A stretch of 57,179 nt of DNA from a bacterium (GCA_032250835.1 JAVVEA010000021.1:1-57179), one strand, 5' to 3'. Positions 37,451-47,485 are shown, counted from the first letter of the stretch. Notes: generated by a model from the letters alone, not told the origin. A program made the numbers and translations.

Positions 37451-37870
37451 ATGTTTTCGAGCCTTGAACAGATGATCAACCAACTCCTTTCAGCCCAGCA
37501 AAAACAACTGGTCAGCCAACCCACTGGATGGCAAGAGCTTAACCCCCAAAAGTGGCCTGCCTTTAACCTTTTTGAAGAAGCCGAGCAATTTGTCCTCACC
37601 GCCGAGTTGCCGGGCTTTGCTAAAGCGGACCTGGAGTTAGAGGTCAAACAAGACCAATTCACCCTCCGCGCTAAGCTCCCCCAACCAGCCGAACCAAAGG
37701 CTCCTCAATATGTACACCGCGAACGGGGCCTGAGCGGCTTTGAGCGTAGCTTAAAATTGCCCTATTTGATCGACGCCGAACAGGTCAGCGCCCACTTCGA
37801 GGAAGGCGTACTGACCGTTTTCTTGCCCCAACATGAGTCAGACAAAGCCCGGCAAATTGCTTTAGCCTAA
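37451..37870 (+). CDS. Small heat-shock protein (Hsp20)
   Basis: WPAFNL.E, AELPG, RER..FERSL.LP, A.FEEGVLTV.LP. Confidence 0.92.
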   Translation: MFSSLEQMINQLLSAQQKQLVSQPTGWQELNPQKWPAFNLFEEAEQFVLTAELPGFAKADLELEVKQDQFTLRAKLPQPAEPKAPQYVHRERGLSGFERSLKLPYLIDAEQVSAHFEEGVLTVFLPQHESDKARQIALA

Positions 37871-37878
37871 GGAGAACC

Positions 37879-38196
37879 ATGACCCCTTACCGACCCAAGA
37901 CCGACCTAGTCCAAACCGCCGAGGGCTACGAGCTCTGGATGGACCTGCCCGGCGTACCTAAGGAAAACCTTTCGATCGAGGTGGCCCAAAACCGCTTGAT
38001 CGTTGTGGGACAGCCAAAACCACGCGAAGGCCAACCGGTCCACGCCGAATACGGCGTCGGCCCCTTCGAGCGGAGCTTCCGGCTAGGCGAGACGATTTCA
38101 AAGGAAGAAATCCAGGCAGAACTCAAAAACGGGGTGCTCAAGCTACGCTTACCCAAGTCCCAGGCAGCCCTGCCTGTGGAGATTACGGTCCATTAA
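37879..38196 (+). CDS. Small heat-shock protein (Hsp20)
   Basis: P.TDL, DLPGV, FERSF.L, A.LKNGVLKLRLPK; RBS AAGGAG. Confidence 0.92.
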   Translation: MTPYRPKTDLVQTAEGYELWMDLPGVPKENLSIEVAQNRLIVVGQPKPREGQPVHAEYGVGPFERSFRLGETISKEEIQAELKNGVLKLRLPKSQAALPVEITVH

Positions 38197-38259
38197 ACTT
38201 TGACTAGGGCCTCTTGGGCGGTTCATAGTCTCCTAAAGACAACCAGCTCAGGAGATCCC

Positions 38260-39066
38260 TTGTCAGACTTCACCAACCGCCTCTTTGTCCAACTCTTTAA
38301 AATCCCCTGGATCAAACGGCGCTGGGCCTCTAGCTTTGTGGTCCGGCAGGAGGAGCAAAAAAGCTTCCGCCGCCTAGGTAAACCGCTCAACCAATGCCGG
38401 GTCGCGCTTTTGACCACCGGCGGTCCGCACCTTAAAAGCGATCCCCCCTTTGACATGGAAGACCCCCAGGGCGACGGCAGCTGCCGCAGCTTCCCCTTGG
38501 ACGTCGACTGGAACGACCTAACGATCACCCACAAATATTACGATTCAAAAAGTGCCGAACGGGACCTCGGGGTTTTGATCCCCATCAGGCCACTGCAAAA
38601 CGCCGTAGCCTCCGGCAAAATCGGCGCGGCGGGGCCCAGGGTATTTAGCCTGATGGGCCACCTGATAGACGAGCAGCTAGAGCACCTCTACCAAGTGACG
38701 CTACCTAGGCTGGTGCAGGGCCTAAAAGATGACCAAGTTGACTGTCTCTTCCTCGCGCCTGCTTGAGGCATCTGCAACCAGACGGTCGGTCTGGTCCAAA
38801 AATACATCGAAGAAGCGGGCTGGCCTACGGTTAGCTTAAGTTTGTCGCCCGAGATCACAAGGCAAGTTGCGCCTTCACGCGCTTTGTTGCTACAATATCC
38901 CTACGGCCATCCGCTAGGCGCACCTGGAAACTTGGCGCAACAAGACCAAATCTTTTGGGATGCGCTCAACTTATTGAACGATGCCGAGGAACCGACGTTA
39001 TTAGAAAGCCCCTATCGCTGGCGGCGCACTAAGTTCCCCTTAGAGAAAACCCATGAGACGCTTTAA
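38260..39066 (+). CDS. PrdB/GrdB-family selenoprotein (Sec at TGA 38764-38766, UGIC motif), about 268 aa
   Basis: ORFs 38200-38766 and 38842-39066 are in the same frame. Readthrough gives DCLFLAPA-U-GICNQTVGLVQKYIEEAGWPTV. Family motifs VALLTTGG.H...PF.....GD, TH.YYD, P.GHPLG.PG. RBS AGGAG before TTG at 38260. Confidence 0.88.
38764..38795 (+). promoter_or_regulatory. Bacterial SECIS element
   Basis: UGA, a 10-nt spacer, then stem ACCAGAC (38777-83), loop GGTCG, stem GTCTGGT (38789-95). Confidence 0.78.
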
Positions 39067-39970
39067 AAAACCCCGCTGGGCGTTACCCGAAAGTGAGGTC
39101 ACTGACGAAAACATTTATAAAGACCGCCGGAAGTTAATCCAAGGCCTCGGGCTCGCCGCCGCTTGGCCCGCACTCTCACCCTTGGAAGCGCTGGCCGCCA
39201 GGTATGAAGAGGGGCTCAAGCCTACGCCCGAAGAGCTGGTTACCAGCTACAATAACTTCTATGAATTCAGCACCGACAAAGGGGCGGTCAGGGAACTGGC
39301 CGCCAAAGTCACCTTGGGCCCCTGGGATATTCAGGTCAGCGGCTTGGTGGAAAAACCCTTTGTCTTAAACACCGCCAAACTCAACCAGCGCTACGGCCAG
39401 GAAGAACGGATCTACCGGCTACGCTGCGTCGAAACTTGGTCCGCGGTGGTCCCTTGGACGGGTTTTCCGTTAGCTAAACTAGTCGCGGAGGCCAAGCCCC
39501 TTTCGAGCGCCAAATATATCCGTTTCGTTAGCTTTATGGACCCCGAAAAAGCCCCCGGTCAACGCTCCAGAAGTTACCCCTGGCCCTACACCGAAGGCCT
39601 GCGCTTAGACGAGGCCCTAAACCCATTGGCCTTTATGGCCACCGGACTTTACGGCAAGGCACTCCCCACCCAAAACGGCGAGCCCGTGCGTTTGGTGGTC
39701 CCTTGGAAATATGGCTTTAAATCAATCAAGTCGATCCGGGCCATCGAGTTCACCGACCAGCAACCCAGCACGCTTTGGAACCAAATCCAGCCTGCTGAAT
39801 ATGGCTTTTATGCCAACGTCAATCCCAAGGTGGACCATCCCCGCTGGTCGCAGGCCCAAGAAAAGCCCCTGGGCACTTGGTTTGGCAAGGTAGATACCTT
39901 GATGTTTAATGGCTATGGCCCCGAAGTGGCCGGACTCTACCAGGGGATGGACCTGGCCAAATACTATTAG
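39053..39970 (+). CDS. msrP: Protein-methionine-sulfoxide reductase catalytic subunit (Mo)
   Basis: Tat motif DRRKLI; SYNNFYEF, EERIYRLRCVE.WS, PWPY.EGLRLDEA, VPWKYGFKSIK, HPRWSQ. Confidence 0.95.
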   Translation: MRRFKKPRWALPESEVTDENIYKDRRKLIQGLGLAAAWPALSPLEALAARYEEGLKPTPEELVTSYNNFYEFSTDKGAVRELAAKVTLGPWDIQVSGLVEKPFVLNTAKLNQRYGQEERIYRLRCVETWSAVVPWTGFPLAKLVAEAKPLSSAKYIRFVSFMDPEKAPGQRSRSYPWPYTEGLRLDEALNPLAFMATGLYGKALPTQNGEPVRLVVPWKYGFKSIKSIRAIEFTDQQPSTLWNQIQPAEYGFYANVNPKVDHPRWSQAQEKPLGTWFGKVDTLMFNGYGPEVAGLYQGMDLAKYY

Positions 39971-39977
39971 GCGGCCC

Positions 39978-40562
39978 ATGGCTAGTTGGATATTAACGGT
40001 TATCTTGGCCTCTCCGCTGGCATACATGGTTCTTTTGACCGCTACCAACGGCCTCGGCGCTAACCCCGTTGAGCGGCTGTTGATTCTGGCGGGCCAAGGG
40101 ACCTTGAGCTTGCTGATCTTTTTGTTGGCCCTGCCGGGGACGGCCAAACTCTCGGGCTGGGCTTGGCCCAAGGCATGGATGCGCCACCGGCGCGCCATTG
40201 GCCTGAGTATTTTTGCCTACGCCTCCTTACATATGCTTTTGTGGCTAGCCGACCAACTTGGCGAAATCGACAAACTTGTGGATAATTTGGCCAGACCCTT
40301 TACAGCCAGCGGGCTAGCTTCTTGGGTAATCTTGTTTTTGTTGGCGGTCACCAGCAATCGGTTTTCCATCAAAAAGCTGGGCCGCCGTTGGAAGTCTTTA
40401 CATCGCTGGGTGTTTTTCTGCATCCCCCTCTTATTCATCCACATCACCTTAAAGGACGAAGGAATTTGGTGGTCCGCCGCTTTGTGGCTAGGCCCCATAA
40501 GCCTTTGGGTGTTGCTTGCGCCGAAATTTAAAAAAAATAAGCCCCCGTCTGAGGCCCGCTGA
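39978..40562 (+). CDS. msrQ: Methionine sulfoxide reductase heme-binding membrane subunit
   Basis: LGANPVE, RRAIGL..FAYA.LH, LAVTSN, LGRRWKSLHRWV. Confidence 0.92.
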   Translation: MASWILTVILASPLAYMVLLTATNGLGANPVERLLILAGQGTLSLLIFLLALPGTAKLSGWAWPKAWMRHRRAIGLSIFAYASLHMLLWLADQLGEIDKLVDNLARPFTASGLASWVILFLLAVTSNRFSIKKLGRRWKSLHRWVFFCIPLLFIHITLKDEGIWWSAALWLGPISLWVLLAPKFKKNKPPSEAR

Positions 40563-40571
40563 GTACGGCTG

Positions 40572-40601
40572 TTGACAGGATTTCGGCCATGCGGTTATAG
40601 T
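40572..40601 (+). promoter_or_regulatory. Sigma-70-type promoter upstream of metK
   Basis: TTGACA-N18-TATAGT. Confidence 0.6.
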
Positions 40602-40662
40602 GCGTTTTAATCCAATTTACCTTTATCTTGATTCGGGCTTAGCCCAATCGTGAGGAGAAATC

Positions 40663-41829
40663 ATGGCAAGAGATTACATCTTTACCTCTGAATCGGTCAC
40701 CGAAGGCCACCCCGATAAAATGGCCGACCAAATTTCTGACGCTGTTCTCGACGCCATGTTGGCGCAGGACCCAGAGAGCCGCGTGGCCTGTGAAACAATG
40801 ATCACCACTGGTTTGGTGGTGCTCGCAGGTGAGGTAACTTCCAAGGCCCAAGTTGACTTCCAGAGCTTGGTTCGCGAGACGATCCGCGGGATCGGCTACG
40901 ACCACTCGGACAAAGGTTTTGACTGCGACACCTGTGGTGTGATGGTGGCCCTTGATAAGCAATCTCCCGACATCGCTATGGGCGTAAACGTCGGCGAAGG
41001 TACCTACGCCGAGCAAGGCGCTGGTGACCAGGGCTTGATGTTTGGCTATGCCAGCAACGAAACCCCTACCTTAATGCCCCTGCCTATCTACTTGGCCCAC
41101 AAACTAAGCGAAAAGCTTTCTGAAGTGCGCAAGTCCGGCGAACTGGGCTACCTACGTGCTGACGGCAAGACCCAGGTTTCGGTTTTGTACCAAGACGGCA
41201 AGCCCACCAAGATCAAGAACGTGGTGATCTCTAGCCAGCACGCCGAAGGCGTGACCCTAGAACAAGTCCAAAAGGACTTAAAAGAAAAAGTAGCCCTTAA
41301 GGTGATCCCCCCCGAGATGATCGACGACGACATCGAGTGGTTGCTCAACCCCACCGGCCGCTTCGTTATCGGTGGCCCCATGGGTGACTGTGGCCTGACG
41401 GGTCGTAAAATCATCGTAGACACCTACGGGGGCATGGGCCGCCACGGTGGTGGTGCTTTCAGCGGTAAAGACCCCTCGAAGGTTGACCGCTCGGCTGCCT
41501 ACGCCTGCCGCTATGTAGCCAAAAACTTGGTGGCTGCTGGTGCCGCAGACAAGTGCGAAGTTCAAGTAGCTTACGCCATCGGTTACCCCAAGCCCGTCAG
41601 CGTCCATGTTGACTGCTTCGGTACCAACAAGGTGGACGAAGGCAAGATCGTTGAAGCGATCCGCCACTTCTTCCCCCTGACTCCCTCTTGGATCGTCACC
41701 ACCTTGGACCTCAAGCGCCCGATCTACAAGCAGTCTGCTGCTTACGGTCACTTTGGCCGCGAGTTGGACGACTTCACCTGGGAAAAGACCGACAAAGCTG
41801 CCGAACTCAAGCAGTACTTGGGCCTGTAA
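40663..41829 (+). CDS. metK: S-adenosylmethionine synthetase
   Basis: [42 protein letters not shown]. Confidence 0.98.
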   Translation: MARDYIFTSESVTEGHPDKMADQISDAVLDAMLAQDPESRVACETMITTGLVVLAGEVTSKAQVDFQSLVRETIRGIGYDHSDKGFDCDTCGVMVALDKQSPDIAMGVNVGEGTYAEQGAGDQGLMFGYASNETPTLMPLPIYLAHKLSEKLSEVRKSGELGYLRADGKTQVSVLYQDGKPTKIKNVVISSQHAEGVTLEQVQKDLKEKVALKVIPPEMIDDDIEWLLNPTGRFVIGGPMGDCGLTGRKIIVDTYGGMGRHGGGAFSGKDPSKVDRSAAYACRYVAKNLVAAGAADKCEVQVAYAIGYPKPVSVHVDCFGTNKVDEGKIVEAIRHFFPLTPSWIVTTLDLKRPIYKQSAAYGHFGRELDDFTWEKTDKAAELKQYLGL

Positions 41830-41837
41830 AGGGTTCC

Positions 41838-42113
41838 ATGCAGAGGGAACTGACCATCTGCAACAAGCTGGGGCTGCACATGCGTGCAGCCTCTAAGCTT
41901 GTCCAATTGGCCGAAGGTTTTGACTTAGAGGTGGTGCTCCACTATCAAGGTCAAAGCGCCGACGCCAAATCCCTCCTGGAGGTGCTCCAACTTGCGGGCA
42001 CCAACGGAACCCCCATTACTATCGAAGCAAAGGGCGACGCCGCTGACGAAGAAGCCGAGGCGCTTGAATTGGTGTCCCAGCTTTTTCTCAACCGTTTTGA
42101 CGAACCGGAATAG
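41838..42113 (+). CDS. ptsH: HPr-family phosphocarrier protein
   Basis: NKLGLHMRAA (His15), ADAKSLL (Ser46). Confidence 0.9.
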   Translation: MQRELTICNKLGLHMRAASKLVQLAEGFDLEVVLHYQGQSADAKSLLEVLQLAGTNGTPITIEAKGDAADEEAEALELVSQLFLNRFDEPE

Positions 42114-42114
42114 C

Positions 42115-42957
42115 TTGCTGTTTCCCGCCATCGACGGAACCACTACGCTTTACGGCATCATCGGCAACCCGGTGGCCCACTCCTTTTCGCCGCTAATGCA
42201 CAGCCAAGCCTTCTGGCAGGTTGGGCATAAGGCCCTCTACCTCCCCTTCCCTGTTGAGCCCGAAGATCTGCCCCAATTGCTTGAGGCCTTCCGAATTGCT
42301 TCAGTCCAAGGCTTTAATGTCACCGTCCCCTACAAAGAAGCCATCGTCCCCTTCCTCGACGACTTAACCGAAGAGGCGCAGTTGTTGGGGTCCGTCAATA
42401 CGGTCTGGCGTGAGGCAGGCCGCTGGAAAGGCCACAGCACCGACGGCCCCGGTTTTGTGCGGGGCCTTAAAGAGCGCGGCTGGCAGGTTGAGGGCCGCAG
42501 CGCCACCTTGTTGGGCGCAGGCGGTTCGGCCAAAGCGGTAGCCTTTTCGTTGCTCAAAGCAGGCCTAGCCCAATTACATATCAAAAACCGCACCCGCGCC
42601 AAAGCCGAAGAACTGGCCTCGAAGCTTGCGGAGATTTTCGGGGCAGATCGGCTTTCGGTTGGTTTACCCGAAGGCGGCGCCGACCTACTGGTCAACTGCA
42701 CCTCGGTGGGTCTTAAAGCCGACCTAAGCCCTCTTCCCAAGGGACAATTAGAGGCCTACCGTCAGGTGGTCGATATCATTTACAACCCGGCCCAAACCCG
42801 CCTGCTCAAAGATGCGCAAGATTTGGGCTTGGAATGGGACAATGGCTTGGCTATGCTCTTATACCAAGGTGTGGAGTCCTTTGAAATCTGGACAGGCCGC
42901 CCCGCACCGGTAGCCTTAATGAAAGAAACCCTGGCAGCCCAACTCCAAGGGAAGTAG
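42115..42957 (+). CDS. aroE: Shikimate dehydrogenase
   Basis: GNPVAHSFSP, GFNVTVPYK, SVNT, GAGGSA, NRT, DIIYNP, GLAMLLYQG; start uncertain. Confidence 0.94.
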   Translation: MLFPAIDGTTTLYGIIGNPVAHSFSPLMHSQAFWQVGHKALYLPFPVEPEDLPQLLEAFRIASVQGFNVTVPYKEAIVPFLDDLTEEAQLLGSVNTVWREAGRWKGHSTDGPGFVRGLKERGWQVEGRSATLLGAGGSAKAVAFSLLKAGLAQLHIKNRTRAKAEELASKLAEIFGADRLSVGLPEGGADLLVNCTSVGLKADLSPLPKGQLEAYRQVVDIIYNPAQTRLLKDAQDLGLEWDNGLAMLLYQGVESFEIWTGRPAPVALMKETLAAQLQGK

Positions 42958-45246
42958 ATGTTCAAGCGAATCTTCGGTTTTTCTGGCTTTAAAATCGCCC
43001 TATTGATCACCCTGGCGCTTTCGGCCCACTACCTCTTCACCCTGCTGGGCTTTAACCCCCAGAGCTTCATGAGCTTGGTGGACAAAAAGGTGGTGGACTT
43101 GGTGCAGGCCAACCGCGGCGGCAAACAAATGACCCCGCAGATTGCCATTGCCGCCATTGACACCAAGTCGGTGGACAAATATGGTCGTTGGCCTTGGCCG
43201 CGCAATGTGATGGCCGATTTGCTGGAGGTCTTGGGCAGCCATTATGACGTCAAGGTGGTGGGCTATGACGCCGTCTTTTCAGAGCCCGACCCCAACGACC
43301 AAACCACCAAGCAGGTGATCCGCCGCTATTCCGAAGAGTTGCGCGCCTTAGACCCGACCAGCAAGCAGCACCTCAAAGAAATAGAGGCCATTGAAGCCAC
43401 CTTAAACCAAGAACTGGCCTTTGATGCGGCCTTCGCGGAAAAACTGACCCGCTGGGCCGATCGGGTGGTGAACGGTTACTTCTTTTTTGCTAATGAAGAC
43501 CGGGTCTTACATCTAGACAAAACCGAACGAGCCCGCGCCACGGCGATCATCGAGCCTTCGGCGATCAAGGTTATTCGGGGGATCAACCACCTCGAATACA
43601 CGCCGCTCTATGAGGTGGCGGTGGTTGAGTCAAACATAGAGGCCCTTTCGCCTCCAGGGATTCAAGCAGGCTTTTTTAACGTCTTCCCGGATGCCGAAGA
43701 CGGGACGGTGCGCCGGGTCCATTTGGTCCTCAAGCACGAGGGACGCCTTTACCCCAGTCTAGACCTACAAATCCTCAGCCGCTATTTGGGTGATGCCCAA
43801 ATCTCGATGTTAATCGGAGAGGCCGGGGTGCAGGCCTTCAAGGTCGGCGACCGCCGGATCAATACGGCCTCGGACGGCTCGGTGATGATCAACTACCGCG
43901 GCCCCGCCTTTAGCTTCCCCCACTACAGCGTTTGGGACTTGATCCACAAAACGGTGCCCAAAGCGGCCTTACAGGGCAAGATCGTCCTGCTCGGCGCGAC
44001 GGAAGTGGGCGTCTTCGACCTGCGGACCACCCCGGTGGGCGTGGACTTCCCTGGGGTAGAGGTCCATGCCAACTTGCTGGACAACCTGTTGCAGGGCGAC
44101 TATTTCAACCGCAGCGAGTTCACCAACTTTTTGACGCTGATTGTTATCTTGGCAACGGGCCTCTTTGTGGGCCTTGTTCTGCCCCGCTTGGGAGCGCTGC
44201 CGGGGGCCCTATTTGTGATTTGTCTTTCAGGGGGCTTTTTCTACGGAAACTATTGGTACCTGGAAAACAAACAAACCTGGATCAGCTTTGTTTACGTCTT
44301 GTCGGTTATTCTGTTGAACTGGTTGGTCATTATGCTTTGGAGCTATTTTAGCGAAGAGAAGGACAAGCGGTTCATTAAAGGTGCCTTCGGCCAATACCTA
44401 GCCCCCCAGGTGATCGACCAGTTGGTCCACAACCCGAATCTACTTAAGCTAGGTGGCGAACGGCGCGAGATCACCGCATTCTTTAGCGACGTGCAAGGTT
44501 TTTCAACGATCAGCGAGACTTTAGAGCCCGAAGAGTTAGTCGGGGCACTCAACGAATACCTAACCGCCATGACCGATATCATCATGAACCACGGCGGTAC
44601 GGTGGACAAATTTGAGGGGGACGCCATCATCGCCTTTTTTGGCGCACCGGTGCCCCAAGAAGACCACGCCAAGCGGGCCTGTGATTGCAGCCTGAAGATG
44701 CAAGAAAAACTGGGCGAAATGCGGGCCCATTGGAAAAGCATCGGCAAACCCGAACTATACATGCGCATCGGCTTAAACACCTCGGTAGCGGTCGTGGGCA
44801 ACATGGGCTCGGCCCAGCGGATGGATTACACCATGATGGGCGACGGCGTGAACCTGGCCGCCCGCCTCGAAGGGGTCAACAAGCAATACGGCACCTTCAC
44901 CCTGATCAGCGAAAACACCCAGGCCGCCATCGGCGAAGCCTTTGAGCTGCGCGAGTTGGACCTGATCCGGGTAGTCGGCAAACAAGAGCCGATCCGCATC
45001 TTCGAGCTGGTCGGTCACCCCGAGCAGCTGAGCGAAGAAGCCAAGCAACTCAACCGTTACTTTGCCAAGGCGCTGATCCTTTACCGCCGCCAGGAATGGA
45101 AAGAAGCGGCCAAATATTTCTTGCACTATGCCAAGCAAAATCCTGAAGACCGAAGCGCCCAGGTTTTTGTGGAACGTTGCAAGTTTTTCCTTAAAAATCC
45201 CCCGCCCAAAGACTGGGACGGAGTTTACCAGATGACCAGCAAATGA
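42958..45246 (+). CDS. CHASE2-domain adenylate cyclase with C-terminal TPR-like tail
   Basis: GRWPWPR, D.DG.VRR, PGVEVHAN; FSDVQGF, DKFEGDA, DYTMMGDGVNLAARLE. Confidence 0.93.
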   Translation: MFKRIFGFSGFKIALLITLALSAHYLFTLLGFNPQSFMSLVDKKVVDLVQANRGGKQMTPQIAIAAIDTKSVDKYGRWPWPRNVMADLLEVLGSHYDVKVVGYDAVFSEPDPNDQTTKQVIRRYSEELRALDPTSKQHLKEIEAIEATLNQELAFDAAFAEKLTRWADRVVNGYFFFANEDRVLHLDKTERARATAIIEPSAIKVIRGINHLEYTPLYEVAVVESNIEALSPPGIQAGFFNVFPDAEDGTVRRVHLVLKHEGRLYPSLDLQILSRYLGDAQISMLIGEAGVQAFKVGDRRINTASDGSVMINYRGPAFSFPHYSVWDLIHKTVPKAALQGKIVLLGATEVGVFDLRTTPVGVDFPGVEVHANLLDNLLQGDYFNRSEFTNFLTLIVILATGLFVGLVLPRLGALPGALFVICLSGGFFYGNYWYLENKQTWISFVYVLSVILLNWLVIMLWSYFSEEKDKRFIKGAFGQYLAPQVIDQLVHNPNLLKLGGERREITAFFSDVQGFSTISETLEPEELVGALNEYLTAMTDIIMNHGGTVDKFEGDAIIAFFGAPVPQEDHAKRACDCSLKMQEKLGEMRAHWKSIGKPELYMRIGLNTSVAVVGNMGSAQRMDYTMMGDGVNLAARLEGVNKQYGTFTLISENTQAAIGEAFELRELDLIRVVGKQEPIRIFELVGHPEQLSEEAKQLNRYFAKALILYRRQEWKEAAKYFLHYAKQNPEDRSAQVFVERCKFFLKNPPPKDWDGVYQMTSK

Positions 45247-46004
45247 GCCCAGCCATAGACCGCCAGAGGCAAATATTCTTTGGCTACCTCGACATCGACG
45301 GGGCCACAGAATACAAATACGAAACCCACCGGGGCCACTGGAAGGCGGCTTTCCTGCACTTCTTTGAGGACTTCCCCGACTACCTAGGCGACGCCCAAAA
45401 GACGCTTTTTGCTCGGCTCAAGCACCCCCAACTACAGCCCCTGAACTTTTGGAAAGCCCTAGGCGACGGCATTGTCTATACCGGCGAGTTCGCCACGCCC
45501 AACGAGGCCTATGCTTATTCCAAGGCCTTTTATAATGCTTCGGTGCATTTTAACGACTACCTCTTCAAACGCAGCGGGCTTTGGGTCAAGGCCGCCAGCT
45601 GGTTCGCCACCTTCCCGGAGGTGAACTTGGCCATCAAAACCCCAGCTGGCGAAGACTACCTGGGCCCGGACATCGACATTGGCTTCCGCTTGGCCGCCCA
45701 TGCTTTAAGCCAGCGGATGCTGGTGGCTATGGACTTAGCTTACGAATTGACCTTTGCCGACTTTGTGGATGAGTTGGATTTTTATCATGTCGGCTGGCGC
45801 AAAATGAAGGGCGTTGCCAAGGACAAGCCCTACCCGGTCTTGATGATCACGGGCCGCGCCAAGCCGGAGATCCCCATCTGGGAATCTTACCTCAACGACC
45901 TAACCCGCAACTACATCGAAGGCAGCCCCTTAAGCCCCGGCCAGGTCCGCGACCTAATCGACCGCTACAAGCGGGACCTGCACTTCGAAAAGGACCGGAT
46001 TTAG
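45243..46004 (+). CDS. Stand-alone divergent class III nucleotide-cyclase-fold protein
   Basis: YLDIDGAT.YK, WKALGDG, DYLGPDIDIGFRL, MKGV; ATGA overlap with the upstream cyclase. Confidence 0.65.
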   Translation: MSPAIDRQRQIFFGYLDIDGATEYKYETHRGHWKAAFLHFFEDFPDYLGDAQKTLFARLKHPQLQPLNFWKALGDGIVYTGEFATPNEAYAYSKAFYNASVHFNDYLFKRSGLWVKAASWFATFPEVNLAIKTPAGEDYLGPDIDIGFRLAAHALSQRMLVAMDLAYELTFADFVDELDFYHVGWRKMKGVAKDKPYPVLMITGRAKPEIPIWESYLNDLTRNYIEGSPLSPGQVRDLIDRYKRDLHFEKDRI

Positions 46005-46080
46005 GGCTAGGTTGGTTTTTCGTTTCCGGTCGAAGAACCTGCCAAGCAGGCACCTCCTTGTACCGAGCAGCGAACCTTAC

Positions 46081-46202
46081 AGTTCTAGGCTCTGGGGAGC
46101 ACAAAGTCACCGGAAGAAATAAAGAGATGGGATTACTTTCTTTGGCTCGCAAAGAAAGTAACAAAGAAACGAGCCCTCACCTTCGCGGCTAAGACCCCCT
46201 AC
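46081..46202. repeat. REP-like repeat, copy 1
   Basis: Inverted match to 47240-47361 and 47486-47550; internal hairpin TTACTTTCTTTG..GCAAAGAAAGTAA. Confidence 0.8.
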
Positions 46203-46305
46203 CCCGCAGACCACTGGATTTACTGATTCAAAAAAAGGTTACCGCCCCTTAATTTAGTATACAAAAATAAGGTATCCATCAATTCGAGGGAAGCTCAGGA
46301 GTTCT

Positions 46306-46896
46306 CTAAAGGTACCTATGGGCTTTTTCCCAATCCAATGGGATTTGATGCCACATATCGGGGTTAATATTTTTAACCTTGATTGAAGGATGAGCTGACT
46401 TGATGATTGGAAAATCCGGTCCTTTGACGTAGCAAATATATTTTTCGGCACGTTGAGCCTGTTTACCCACCAAAACAACTACCTTTAGTTTGGGTAATAT
46501 ATCGAATAGCTCTCGCAAACAGGCAATCCCTTTATCGCGTTCTTCGTTAGTAAGCTTGGTTGTCCCGTTCCAACCTGGAATTGTGTTCCAAAGACAGCTG
46601 ACTTCTCGCGGAACCTCGGCAATTTCTGAGAACTCAAAAATTGCTCTGGCCGTTGGGTCAGGATTGTTGCGGCTGACAAACCCCGAAGAATTGGCTTGTC
46701 GTCCTGGTTTCTCCATCAGGAAAAGGACGGCTGCCTCTACCCCGCCATCAAGTGGGTCAAAATCAGGTACCTCACCCAAGTTCCGGCGCCTCAATTCTTC
46801 CACATATTTTGTGAGGCTGAGCATCTTTGGGATATGTAGCAACTCTCGACGGCGTTGCTGCTCATTAGGATTTTTCAGTGTGTATGGCGTATCCAT
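46306..46896 (-). CDS. Uracil-DNA glycosylase superfamily protein
   Basis: PDFDP.DGG, LFLMEKPG, SRNNPDPTA, WNTIP, VVVLVGK.A, SAHPS; AT-rich. Confidence 0.8.
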   Translation of the reverse strand: MDTPYTLKNPNEQQRRRELLHIPKMLSLTKYVEELRRRNLGEVPDFDPLDGGVEAAVLFLMEKPGRQANSSGFVSRNNPDPTARAIFEFSEIAEVPREVSCLWNTIPGWNGTTKLTNEERDKGIACLRELFDILPKLKVVVLVGKQAQRAEKYICYVKGPDFPIIKSAHPSIKVKNINPDMWHQIPLDWEKAHRYL

Positions 46897-47140
46897 TTCT
46901 TGTATCCTATGTCTTTGAGGGAGATACGATTTCAATTTTATCTAAAAACTGACCGCATTAAAAGTAAAATAGCAATGAAACTGAATGAACTGGATTAGCC
47001 AAAATTCTAACCCTCATCTTCGAATTTAAAGACCTAGAATCAGCTTACGCCATAACCTTAGAAATCAGGGGACAGCCACCTGTTTTTGCAATAGTAAATC
47101 CCGAGACCGACGGGGTAGGGCCTTGGGTTCCCTTTTGCGA

Positions 47141-47361
47141 GCGGCTTAGAGCCCCTAGCCGAAGCGAGCGTAAAAAAAGCCAAACTGTTCGAGCTTCGAG
47201 CGCAGCGAGGGCGAGTTTTTGGCTTTTAGCGAGTGAGGCGTAGGGGGTCTTAGCCGCGAAGGTCGAGGGCAGGTTTCTTTGCTACTTTCTTTGCCTGCCA
47301 AAGAAAGTAGTCCCAAAGCTATTAACCTAACAAGGCTTTGTGCTCCCCAAAACCCAGAACC
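47141..47361. repeat. REP/REPIN-like long palindrome plus repeat copy 2
   Basis: GCGGCTTAGAGCCCCTA(47141)...TAGGGGGTCTTAGCCGC(47257) hairpin with central CGAGCGCAGCGAG; 47240-47263 is the exact reverse complement of 46179-46202. Confidence 0.8.
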
Positions 47362-47485
47362 TGAAATTACGCCCTTCCTTGCTGGATTGAGTTTCGTCTT
47401 AGAGTCACTTTGGGGAATCGGCTGCGCCGATGTTTTATGTGGGCAACGCTCGCAGTGTTCGCGTCGCTTCGCTCGAAGCTCCTTG

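Noticed and set aside
40563-40662. SAM riboswitch upstream of metK
   Set aside because: The leader is short and lacks recognisable SAM-I/II motifs.
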